NCBI GenBank assembly: GCA_013214525.1
Contig: JABSSG010000014.1
Span: forward strand, 33,232-97,231
Length of the DNA: 64,000 bases
Direction of reading: 5' to 3'
Source of the DNA: Rickettsiales bacterium
GTDB lineage: Bacteria; Pseudomonadota; Alphaproteobacteria; Rickettsiales; JABSSG01
The first letter of the stretch is position 1, and each line of letters opens with the position of its first letter. Shown here in pieces: positions 18,761 to 27,092 of the stretch. Below the pieces are notes generated by a model. The model ran no database searches. It was not told where the DNA came from and saw nothing but the letters and a program-made list of their open reading frames with translations. The position numbers and the translations under genes are program-made.

Positions 18761-19885
18761 TTATTTGTTTAACGCTCTATCTTTTTTTACTAAAGAAACA
18801 GTGCCGTTAACTAAAGAGGTAAATATATCATCTATTGTGATACCTAACCTTCTTGCGTTTGAAATATCATATACTCCATCTAAGGCTTTGCTGTGTTCTC
18901 CATGAGTGCCTCGTACAGCTAGGCTATATTTCTTAGCAATTGATTTAATGGTTTTGATGTCAATATTTTTAAGTTTTATGTGAACACTTACACGCATTCC
19001 TGTACCTATGTTTGTAGAGTCACTGTTGAGATATCCAAGTTTATCATCATGTGCAAATTTTAAATCTTTCTCTAATATATTTAGGGCATGAACAAATTTA
19101 CTATGTATTTTTTCTAAATCAGCAGTTTTTTCTAAATATATAATTCTGAGATGGTCTTCTTCGTTAATCCACACTATAAATTTTTTATCTTTACTAATGT
19201 AAGCACCTCTTCCTACAGGCCAATTATCTGCTATACCTGCGGATTGTAAGTATTTATCCTTATTCATAGGTTTAAAGATCAGATGTTCATTTACCATTTT
19301 TTTGTATTGATCTTCAGATAATGAACCTATGGAATAATATGTGCCTTGGTATTTTTTAGGTAATTCTTTTATTGCAGTAAGCACAAGATCTTTCACCTGT
19401 ATTCTTTGTTTTTTTGTCATAGAAGATGGGAAAGGGAAAGAAGATAAATTCCTTGCAACTCGTATTCTTGTGGAGATTACATTTTTGGAAAGTATTTTTC
19501 GATCTTCTTTTGTGAAATTAAATTTTACTATTTTTGTATTCTTGTTATCCAGAGAGTATGGGTCGTAGTTATGATAGTTTTTTATCGCATGAGAAAAAAT
19601 AGGACTAAACATTGTATAAGATTCTGCATCTCCTGCATAACATCCTATTTTACTGTCTGGGTTTTCTACACCACTTTTTAAAATATGGTCTAATGTGACC
19701 CCAAATTTTGTCTTTTTTTCTTTTAATACATTTCTTTCAGATTCACTTAAAATCTCAAAACCTTCTATACAAAGTGCTTTTGCGTATACCGTGTTACTAA
19801 TAACACCAGACAATAGGGCTATAGACAATAGGGTTAAAGATATATGTTTTAGATATTTAGGGGTGGATTTGAGATTTTGAAACAT
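18761..19885 (-). CDS. Arginine kinase-like phosphagen kinase (ATP:guanido phosphotransferase) with N-terminal signal-peptide-like extension
   Basis: 374 aa. SGVENPDSKIGCYAGDAESY (arginine-specificity loop), STRIRVARN, WINEEDHLRI, GTGMRVSVHIKL and VRGTHGEH..DGVYDISNARRLG parallel arthropod and Limulus arginine kinases. N-terminus: MFQNLKSTPKYLKHISLTLLSIALLSGVISNTVYAKA. Confidence 0.8.
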   Translation of the reverse strand: MFQNLKSTPKYLKHISLTLLSIALLSGVISNTVYAKALCIEGFEILSESERNVLKEKKTKFGVTLDHILKSGVENPDSKIGCYAGDAESYTMFSPIFSHAIKNYHNYDPYSLDNKNTKIVKFNFTKEDRKILSKNVISTRIRVARNLSSFPFPSSMTKKQRIQVKDLVLTAIKELPKKYQGTYYSIGSLSEDQYKKMVNEHLIFKPMNKDKYLQSAGIADNWPVGRGAYISKDKKFIVWINEEDHLRIIYLEKTADLEKIHSKFVHALNILEKDLKFAHDDKLGYLNSDSTNIGTGMRVSVHIKLKNIDIKTIKSIAKKYSLAVRGTHGEHSKALDGVYDISNARRLGITIDDIFTSLVNGTVSLVKKDRALNK

Positions 19886-20091
19886 AAGATTTTATAATAC
19901 GTTAAATTTTTATAGATATAGTCATATCAAAGCTGCGTAGTTTTGTCAATTTGTTTCATGGGTGTTAACTCATATAAACACTAGTTTTGGGTATAAGTTT
20001 AAGTCTTAAGTATGTAAGATGTATAGAACTTATCTAGCAGAATAATATTCTTGACTGATTGTTGAAAACAAAGTAGCATCTAGCTTTTAAT

Positions 20092-20128
20092 TATACTAAC
20101 CAAACTTTTTCAGGTATGCTTAGTATAT
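20092..20128. repeat. Family-1 mini-element (degenerate)
   Basis: tatactaaccaaactttttcaggtatgcttagtatat resembles the 9624..9674 mini-element with a central deletion. Confidence 0.4.
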
Positions 20129-20159
20129 GTTTAGTAATCCATTTTTTAATATTTAAGTT

Positions 20160-22238
20160 ATGTCTCAGATAGAAATTTCAAAAGTAAGGAACATAGGTAT
20201 TTGTGCCCATATAGATGCAGGAAAAACAACTACTACAGAACGCATTCTCTATTATACAGGTAAATCTCATAAGATTGGTGAAGTGCATGAGGGTGCTGCT
20301 ACTATGGATTGGATGGAGCAAGAACAAGAGAGAGGGATTACTATTACTTCTGCTGCAACTACATGTGCATGGAATGATCATCGCATTAATATAATTGATA
20401 CCCCAGGTCACGTTGATTTTACAATTGAAGTTGAAAGATCATTGCGTGTTTTAGATGGTGCCGTTGTAGTATTTGATGGTGTTGCAGGGGTTGAACCACA
20501 ATCTGAAACAGTATGGCGTCAAGCTGACAAATATAGTGTGCCGAGAATTTGTTTTGTAAATAAAATGGATCGTATAGGTGCAGATTTCATGCGTTGTGTA
20601 GAAATGATTAAAGATAGGCTAGGAGCAGTGCCCCTAGTTATGCAGTTGCCAGTTGGTACAGAAGATAAGCTGGTGGGTTTAGTCGACCTAATAAAGATGA
20701 GAGCAATTATTTGGAAAGGAGATGATTTAGGCGTTGGCTTTTCTTATGAAGAAATTCCTGCTGATATGAAATCTCAAGCAGAAGAAATGAGGTTAAAACT
20801 TATTGAAACTGCAGTTGAAGCAAAAGATTCTGCCATGGAAAAATATTTATCAGGGGAGGAAATTTCAGAAGATGAATTAAAAGAATGTATTAGACAGGGT
20901 ACAATTGATAGTAAATTTATTCCTGTTTTATGTGGTAGTGCATTTAAAAATAAAGGAGTTCAACCATTACTTGATGCAGTAATTGATTATCTTCCTTGTC
21001 CAATAGATGTGCCTGCAATTAAGGGAGTAGATGAAAAAGATGAGCCAATAGAAAGAAAATCTGATGCTAATGCTCCACTTTCAATGCTTGCATTTAAAAT
21101 TATGACAGATCCTTTTGTAGGGTCACTTACATTCTGTAGGGTTTACTCTGGAGTATTAAAATCTGGTCAGACTGTTTATAATTCAGTCAAAAAGAATAAG
21201 GAAAGAATAGGGCGTATCCTTCTTATGCATGCAAATGATAGGGAAGATGTAAAAGAAGCAAGGGCTGGTGATATTGTTGCTCTAGCAGGTTTGAAAAATA
21301 CAAATACTGGAGATACCTTATGTGATTTGAACAGTGTAGTTATTTTGGAGAGGATGGAGTTCCCAGAGCCTGTTATAGAGGTTGCTATAGAACCAAAAAC
21401 TCAAGCTGATTACGAGAAAATGGGGGTAGCACTTGGTAGATTAGTTGCTGAAGATCCTTCATTAAGGGTATCAATGGATGAAGAGACAAATCAGACTGTT
21501 TTAAAAGGAATGGGAGAATTGCATCTTGAAATTATTGTTGACAGGCTTAAAAGAGAATTTAAAGTTGAGGCAACTATTGGTGCACCTCAAGTAGCGTATA
21601 GAGAAACAATTACTAAATCAGCTGAGATAGATTACACGCATAAAAAACAATCTGGAGGAGCAGGTCAATTTGCTCGAGTAATAATGACTCTAGAACCTAC
21701 AAAGCCAGGAGAAGGATTTATATTTGAGAGTAAAATCTTTGGTGGTGCTATTCCTAAGGAATATATTCCTGGTGTTGAAAAAGGCTTAAAAGCTTCTATG
21801 GAAAGTGGGGTGGTAGCTGGATATCCTATGATAGATTGGAAAGCAACATTAACTGATGGTGCCTTCCATGATGTGGATTCAAGTGTGCTTGCCTTTGAAA
21901 TAGCAGCAAAAGCTGCATTCAAAGAAGGAGTGCCAAAGGCTGGCCCTAAGTTGCTTGAGCCAATCATGAAAGTTGAAGTCATTACTCCTGAAGAATATAT
22001 GGGTGATGTGATAGGTGATCTAAATAGCAGACGTGGTCAAGTAAGTGGTATGGAAACACGCGGTAATGCTAGAGTAATTAATGGTACGGTTCCTTTGGGG
22101 TCTATGTTTGGATATGTTAATACGCTAAGATCTGTTTCTCAAGGACGTGCTCAATATACAATGATATTTTCTCATTATGAGCAAGTGCCAAATAATGTTG
22201 CAGATGAGATTATTAAAAAAACTACAGGAGCTAGTTAA
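20160..22238 (+). CDS. fusA: Elongation factor G
   Basis: 692 aa. [32 protein letters not shown] and full-length EF-G domain order. Confidence 0.95.
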   Translation: MSQIEISKVRNIGICAHIDAGKTTTTERILYYTGKSHKIGEVHEGAATMDWMEQEQERGITITSAATTCAWNDHRINIIDTPGHVDFTIEVERSLRVLDGAVVVFDGVAGVEPQSETVWRQADKYSVPRICFVNKMDRIGADFMRCVEMIKDRLGAVPLVMQLPVGTEDKLVGLVDLIKMRAIIWKGDDLGVGFSYEEIPADMKSQAEEMRLKLIETAVEAKDSAMEKYLSGEEISEDELKECIRQGTIDSKFIPVLCGSAFKNKGVQPLLDAVIDYLPCPIDVPAIKGVDEKDEPIERKSDANAPLSMLAFKIMTDPFVGSLTFCRVYSGVLKSGQTVYNSVKKNKERIGRILLMHANDREDVKEARAGDIVALAGLKNTNTGDTLCDLNSVVILERMEFPEPVIEVAIEPKTQADYEKMGVALGRLVAEDPSLRVSMDEETNQTVLKGMGELHLEIIVDRLKREFKVEATIGAPQVAYRETITKSAEIDYTHKKQSGGAGQFARVIMTLEPTKPGEGFIFESKIFGGAIPKEYIPGVEKGLKASMESGVVAGYPMIDWKATLTDGAFHDVDSSVLAFEIAAKAAFKEGVPKAGPKLLEPIMKVEVITPEEYMGDVIGDLNSRRGQVSGMETRGNARVINGTVPLGSMFGYVNTLRSVSQGRAQYTMIFSHYEQVPNNVADEIIKKTTGAS

Positions 22239-22298
22239 TATTTTATACAGCTTTGCCTGCTGTAGTTATATATCTGTTATTCTTCAAATACGATTAGT

Positions 22299-22464
22299 AT
22301 ATACTCCTCGTACTTGAACATTCCTATTTTTAAGTTTGAAAATAAAGTTGCTATCTTCGCTTAAAAATGCCTCAAATATCGCCAATATTCTCGGATTTTT
22401 AAGCTTGATATCACCTCTATTTTCTTTCTTAAAATATCGTAATCTTCAAGTACAAGGAGTATAT
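22299..22464. repeat. Family-1 palindromic element, full copy A (166 bp)
   Basis: TIRs atatactcctcgtacttgaa (22299..22318) and ttcaagtacaaggagtatat (22445..22464), 19/20 complementary. The internal sequence is collinear with copies B and D (tttaagtttgaaaataaag ... atcgccaatatt ... ttttctttcttaaaat). Confidence 0.8.
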
Positions 22465-22479
22465 TTCTCTAATTTGGTT

Positions 22480-23088
22480 TTAGATAAGACCGATATTTTT
22501 TATAATAATTTTTCCAAAATATCTTTGTGGATCTGGAAGAATAAAAGCAGGTTTTTTATATTCAAAAGTAATTGTTAAAACTGCTTGTATTGTACAGCCG
22601 AGTATTTTTCCTGTGTCGCTATCAATGCCGCTTGGTATGTCTATAGAGATTATTTTCTTTCCATTTGTTGCTTTAATGATTTTTTTATATATTCCTCTAA
22701 CCTCTTTATGTAAGCCTATACCAAATAATGCATCTATTATTAGATCATAATTATCTAAGTTTAGATCTTTAAAATCTATAATTTTGTCTTGCCATTTAGC
22801 TCTGTTAATTGCTGATGCTTCAGACAATTTTTTGATATCAATTGATGTATCTGAGGCAACTTTAACTTTCCAACCATTATTTTTTAAAAGTCTTGCTACA
22901 ACAAATCCATCGCCACCATTATTACCTGGGCCACATAATACTAATATTTTACAGGGTTTGTAATATTTAATTACTTCTTCATATACAGATGTGCCTGCTC
23001 TTTCCATTAATGATGTTATAGAAATTCCTGATTGGATGGCTTTTTCTTCCAAAGCGAATATTTCTTTGCTAGTGAGGATTTTCTCCAT
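22480..23088 (-). CDS. nnrE: NAD(P)H-hydrate epimerase (YjeF N-terminal domain only)
   Basis: 202 aa. ILVLCGPGNNGGDGFVVARLL and IIDALFGIGL motifs. No C-terminal dehydratase domain. Confidence 0.7.
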   Translation of the reverse strand: MEKILTSKEIFALEEKAIQSGISITSLMERAGTSVYEEVIKYYKPCKILVLCGPGNNGGDGFVVARLLKNNGWKVKVASDTSIDIKKLSEASAINRAKWQDKIIDFKDLNLDNYDLIIDALFGIGLHKEVRGIYKKIIKATNGKKIISIDIPSGIDSDTGKILGCTIQAVLTITFEYKKPAFILPDPQRYFGKIIIKNIGLI

Positions 23089-23096
23089 AGTTATTT

Positions 23097-23789
23097 TTAT
23101 AGATCCGGTCTATATTTTTTGGTACGTGTTTTTGCATTTTCTAAACGCCATTTCTTGATTTTTTCATGATTGCCACTTAGAAGTATTTCAGGAGTTTTTA
23201 GTCCTTTCCAACTTGCTGGTTTTGTATATTGGTCGTATTCAACTAAATCTTCATAATCAGTATCAGTACCAAAGCTTTCTTCCTTATTTGAAATGTCCTT
23301 GCCTAATACGCCTGGCATAAGACGGACGCAAGTATCAATTACAACAAAAGCAGCAGTTTCTCCACCAGATAAAATATAGTTACCGATACTTAATTCTTCT
23401 GCTTGATAATAATCTAATACTCGCTGGTCTACTCCTTCAAACCTTCCACAAATTAGGATTATATTTTTCTGGACTAGAATCTTACTAGCAAGCTTTTGTG
23501 TTAGTAATTTTCCTCGTGGAGATAGATATATTACTGTAGCTTTAGGGTTAGTAAAGTTTTTTTGAGCATTCTCTATTGCGTTTCCTAGCACATCTGGTCT
23601 AAAAACCATACCTGCTCCACCGCCAGATGGTGAATCGTCTACAGAGTTATGTTTATCTATTGCAAAATCTCTAATGTTTATTACTTCTAAATTCCAAATT
23701 TTTTTTTCAAGAGCTTTACCGACAACTGATATTCCAAGGGAGCCGGGAAATAGATGGGGAAATATAGTAAGAACCTTAACGTTAAACAT
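23097..23789 (-). CDS. trmD: tRNA (guanine37-N1)-methyltransferase
   Basis: 230 aa. VLTIFPHLFPG, VDDSPSGGGAGMV, ICGRFEGVDQRV. Confidence 0.9.
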   Translation of the reverse strand: MFNVKVLTIFPHLFPGSLGISVVGKALEKKIWNLEVINIRDFAIDKHNSVDDSPSGGGAGMVFRPDVLGNAIENAQKNFTNPKATVIYLSPRGKLLTQKLASKILVQKNIILICGRFEGVDQRVLDYYQAEELSIGNYILSGGETAAFVVIDTCVRLMPGVLGKDISNKEESFGTDTDYEDLVEYDQYTKPASWKGLKTPEILLSGNHEKIKKWRLENAKTRTKKYRPDL

Positions 23790-23805
23790 GATGGAGTGTA
23801 TTAAA

Positions 23806-24891
23806 TTATAGTTTATGACGTTTCTTTGATCGTCTAGCTCTGGTTCTACTCCGCATATTTTGTTTTTTTAAGTTCTTTTTTATTAAAAGATATATAGGAG
23901 AATTTTTGTTTTCGGCTACATAGTCTAAAGCTGAATTGCCTGAGTTATCTAATTTTTTCAGGTTGCAGTTTTTTTTAATTAAAAAATTTGCTACTTCAAA
24001 GTTTTTCATTTTTGCAGCTATCATAATAGGAGTCATTCCCTCTTCGTTTGATAAGTTTACGTTTGCACCTTTGGAAATTAAAAATTTAGCCATATTATTT
24101 CTATTATGTAAAATTGCAGTTATAAGTAAACTATTACCTAATTTGTCTTTAACAGAAAGTAAATGGTAATTATTAACTAAAGCATGTAAAGCATCTCTGT
24201 CCCCAGTTTTAATTGATTGAAAAGCGTTATATGCTAATTGGGATAGATATAAGGGCTTTGGTAAATGGGGATTATCTACATGCACATATGCAGGTAAAGT
24301 TTGTGTTTTATAGTTAATTGCTGAAAATCTGGCTATATCTTGAATAGCTGCTTGTTCTTTAGGAGATTTTTCAATGTCTTTTAGTAATAATATTTTTTTA
24401 TATATGTTAAAACTATTGGATATAAAAGCCTGTTCTGGAATGTTTGGGTTAATGTAGTCATAAAAATAAACACTTGGGTCTTTATCTATAAAATTAGTTA
24501 TTTCTTTAATAAAGTAAGCTAGTTGCACAGTATTATAGGTAGAGTTTTTGATATCTTGCTTTTTAGGGAGAATATTTCTATCAGTAAGGGAAACGAATGA
24601 TGGATTGATTACTTTTGGTGATTTATTTAAAGGGTTTGCACAACAAAATCTATCATAAAATATGGATAGAAATAATATTACAAATAAGGATACCCATTGG
24701 ACTTGAAGGCTCCGATTTTTAAGCATGCCCCTGCGAAGGCAGGGGTTAAAAATAAAGCAACTATTCTCACATGAAAATGTCTTGAATATCGCCAATATTA
24801 TCGAATTTTCATGCTTGATATTGACTTCATTTTCTTTCTTAAAATCTCGGACTTTCCAAGGCCAATGGGTATATTTCCAAAATTTGTGCAT
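23806..24891 (-). CDS. Ankyrin-repeat protein with N-terminal hydrophobic segment and basic C-tail
   Basis: Maximal ORF is 361 aa. ANK repeats: GNSLLITAILHNRNNMAKFLISKGANVN, EGMTPIMIAAKMKNFEVANFLIKKNCNL, SGNSALDYV. The first ~67 codons lie inside repeat copy B. An alternative start, M56 (ATG 24726..24724), gives MLKNRSLQVQWVSLFVILFLSIF... The C-terminus is KKQNMRSRTRARRSKKRHKL. Confidence 0.7.
   Translation of the reverse strand: MHKFWKYTHWPWKVRDFKKENEVNIKHENSIILAIFKTFSCENSCFIFNPCLRRGMLKNRSLQVQWVSLFVILFLSIFYDRFCCANPLNKSPKVINPSFVSLTDRNILPKKQDIKNSTYNTVQLAYFIKEITNFIDKDPSVYFYDYINPNIPEQAFISNSFNIYKKILLLKDIEKSPKEQAAIQDIARFSAINYKTQTLPAYVHVDNPHLPKPLYLSQLAYNAFQSIKTGDRDALHALVNNYHLLSVKDKLGNSLLITAILHNRNNMAKFLISKGANVNLSNEEGMTPIMIAAKMKNFEVANFLIKKNCNLKKLDNSGNSALDYVAENKNSPIYLLIKKNLKKQNMRSRTRARRSKKRHKL
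24690..24872. repeat. Family-1 palindromic element, full copy B (183 bp, with nested GC hairpin)
   Basis: TIRs atacccattggacttgaaggctccga (24690..24715) and tcggactttccaaggccaatgggtat (24847..24872). Collinear with copy A, except for an extra cccctgcgaaggcagggg hairpin at about 24728..24745. Confidence 0.8.
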
Positions 24892-24899
24892 TTATTTTT

Positions 24900-25322
24900 T
24901 TATATAATTTTTTTAAGTATTTTTTTTATTTCTACTTCTAAAACCTCTTTTACTATGCCTTCTAAATTATTATTTAACCATGATTTAAGATAAGGTCGTA
25001 ATGTTTCTTTAAAAATTTCTCTTATTTCTTTTTCTGAGATGTTATGAGTGTTTTTTGTTAAAGTATTTAATCTATGAGTAAATTTTTTGATGTGTTTTGC
25101 TATAGGATCAAAATTCTTTTTTTCAATTATATCTTCTAAGTTATTATCTTCTAGTGTGGAAGAACTTGTAACGACATTAGTAAGTTCCAATATTTCTTGA
25201 TCTTCACAAACTTCATTAGAAGAGGGAAGAGGACTTTGTGTTTTTTTTATATCCTCATTAATGGTTTTTTTTATTTTTTCTAATATTTGGTCTATTGAAT
25301 CTACGTCTGTAGTTTTACTCAT
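24900..25322 (-). CDS. popZ: PopZ-like pole-organizing protein (DUF2497)
   Basis: 140 aa, acidic. N-terminal IDQILEKIKKTINED (compare MEEILASIRRIISED) and C-terminal LRPYLKSWLNNNLEGIVKEVLEVEIKKI (compare LRPxLKEWLDxNLPxIVExxVxxE of Caulobacter PopZ as I recall it). Confidence 0.65.
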   Translation of the reverse strand: MSKTTDVDSIDQILEKIKKTINEDIKKTQSPLPSSNEVCEDQEILELTNVVTSSSTLEDNNLEDIIEKKNFDPIAKHIKKFTHRLNTLTKNTHNISEKEIREIFKETLRPYLKSWLNNNLEGIVKEVLEVEIKKILKKII

Positions 25323-25346
25323 TATTACCTTCCTCTTTTAAGACAT

Positions 25347-25387
25347 AGTAACCATACTTGTCGGTATTCTCATATATGATTAGTATA
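25347..25387. repeat. Family-1 mini-element (degenerate)
   Basis: agtaaccatacttgtcggtattctcatatatgattagtata resembles 9624..9674. It lies between the popZ-like start and the tolC stop. Confidence 0.35.
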
Positions 25388-25389
25388 GG

Positions 25390-26742
25390 TTAGAAAGCTC
25401 CAATTAATTGCCATTTAATTGAGTTATAGTTTTTCAATGGATTATAATATTGGGTGTTTAATTTTAGTCCTGTTGCTGTGCATTCTCCCACTATAGATTT
25501 TAAAGTATAAAGAGACACATAATATTTAGATTGTGCTTGGATAAAATTTATATATGCAGTAAAATAATCATTTTGGTATTGAATTATATCTAAAGTAGAA
25601 ATAAGCCCTGCTTTTTCAGAAGCTTTTGCTCCGTCATAGGCAATTTTTCGTGCTTTATACTCATCTTGTCGTGCTTTTAAACTAGTTTTATCTGCTTGAA
25701 GTGTTGCCCAAGCCTGAGTAGCACGTGATCTTGTAGATTTAATAGTAGCATTCATTTCATTTTGAGCTTGAGCTGCTTTGCGTTTAGTTTCTCTTAATTT
25801 AGACCAGCTACTTGGTTGAAATAATGGCATAGATAGTTCAACTGTTGTGGTAAAGTTTCTTAACCCTCTAGTTGTTGCATACCCTTGTTTAGTGTCATCA
25901 GATATAGAATGTTGCAAGTCAACAGTTGGTAATACATTGCCCTTTTCTACATTAATATTTTGTTTTCCTGCGTCAGCAGAGTTTCTTGCAGATTTTACTT
26001 GAGGATTTTTTGTAGCAGCTATATTTAGTGTTTCGCCTATAGTTTTAGGCAATAAGAGATTATTTTTGGGTAAAGTTAAGTTGCGTGCAGATAAACCTAT
26101 GGTAGATTGAAAATTTGCCTTGGAAGTTTCATAACTAGCTTGAGCAGTGGCTCTTTCTGATTTAGCTTTTGAAAGTTCTGCTTCTGCAAGAGCAACATCT
26201 GTTTTGGAAGCATCTCCAGCTTTAAAACGTTGCCTAGTACCATTTAAAAGTCTTGCATTATCTTTTTCTTTAGTTTGAGTAATCTGAAATATTTCTTTTG
26301 TAGCTAAGGTATTCATATAAGCATCAGTAGCTTTTAAAAAAACTTCTTGTTCTTTATTATCAAGATTAGCTCTTGCTGCTTCTATTGAGAAGCGAGCTGT
26401 TTTTATACTAGCTATATCTGCACCACTTCTAAAAAGATTTTGTGAGATTGTTAAAGAATGTGTTTTTCCATCAGTTGAATTATTTGTTGCTCGCGTTGAA
26501 GTTACAATTTTTTTTTGTTTTGTATATTGTTTGGTAGCTTTTGCAGTTATGTTAGGAAGCCAGCGAGATAATGCTTGCATAATTGCTTCATCTGATGCTT
26601 TTAAACTTTCTCTTTGTGCATTTAATTCAGGATTTGTTTTATAAGTATTAATCAATGCATCTTCTAATGTTACTGCATGTGCAGTTATAGACATTGTGGC
26701 AATTAATAAGGATATGGTAATTTGTTTTATCTTTTGTTGCAT
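25390..26742 (-). CDS. tolC: TolC-family outer-membrane channel
   Basis: 450 aa. Signal peptide (ISLLIATMSITAHA), TLEDALINTYKTNPELNAQRESL, and two OEP repeats rich in Ala, Lys and Gln. Confidence 0.8.
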   Translation of the reverse strand: MQQKIKQITISLLIATMSITAHAVTLEDALINTYKTNPELNAQRESLKASDEAIMQALSRWLPNITAKATKQYTKQKKIVTSTRATNNSTDGKTHSLTISQNLFRSGADIASIKTARFSIEAARANLDNKEQEVFLKATDAYMNTLATKEIFQITQTKEKDNARLLNGTRQRFKAGDASKTDVALAEAELSKAKSERATAQASYETSKANFQSTIGLSARNLTLPKNNLLLPKTIGETLNIAATKNPQVKSARNSADAGKQNINVEKGNVLPTVDLQHSISDDTKQGYATTRGLRNFTTTVELSMPLFQPSSWSKLRETKRKAAQAQNEMNATIKSTRSRATQAWATLQADKTSLKARQDEYKARKIAYDGAKASEKAGLISTLDIIQYQNDYFTAYINFIQAQSKYYVSLYTLKSIVGECTATGLKLNTQYYNPLKNYNSIKWQLIGAF

Positions 26743-26861
26743 ATGAGTTTTTAACTTTTACCCCGATGTTAACATAATTAAAGTATATACAACTATATTG
26801 TAAAAAAAAAGCCTTGATAAGTTTTATCCACAACATTAAATTAAATTGTAAATCCATTGCA

Positions 26862-26897
26862 CTTAAAAATCGGAGTTTTCAAGGAAAGTGGCTATAT
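26862..26897. repeat. Solo family-1 left end abutting tRNA-Cys
   Basis: The reverse complement of cttaaaaatcggagttttcaaggaaagtggctatat is atatagccactttccttgaaaactccgatttttaag, which matches the left end of copy B. Confidence 0.5.
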
Positions 26898-26972
26898 GGC
26901 CGAGTAGCAAAGTGGTAATGCCGTGGACTGCAAATCCACTATACATCGGTTCGATTCCGATCTCGGCCTCCA
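26898..26972 (+). tRNA. tRNA-Cys (GCA), CCA encoded
   Basis: Hand fold: acceptor GGCCGAG/CTCGGCC, anticodon stem GTGGA/TCCAC, loop CTGCAAA, T-arm ATCGG-TTCGATT-CCGAT, discriminator U73 (a Cys identity element), then CCA. Confidence 0.9.
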
Positions 26973-27092
26973 TGATTTCTTAAGGATTTATTCTTATTCA
27001 GATAGCTTACCGTGTTGTTTGCTTTATTTTGGAAAGCTAATTTTATGTTGTGATTATTATGTTATAATCGACAATAGATAGATGATATTGGC

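Noticed and set aside
22336-22578. ORFs 22336..22578, 24725..24907, 24811..24993 and 50766..50996 as small proteins
   Set aside because: They are read across the family-1 repeat copies (A, B, D). The peptide similarity (KYRNLQVQ / KNRSLQVQ) is a by-product of the DNA repeat. There are no RBSs, and they overlap better-supported genes.
26648-26857. ORF 26648..26857 upstream of and overlapping the tolC start
   Set aside because: It overlaps the tolC signal-peptide region in another frame, its composition is typical of an AT-rich spurious ORF, and it has no RBS.
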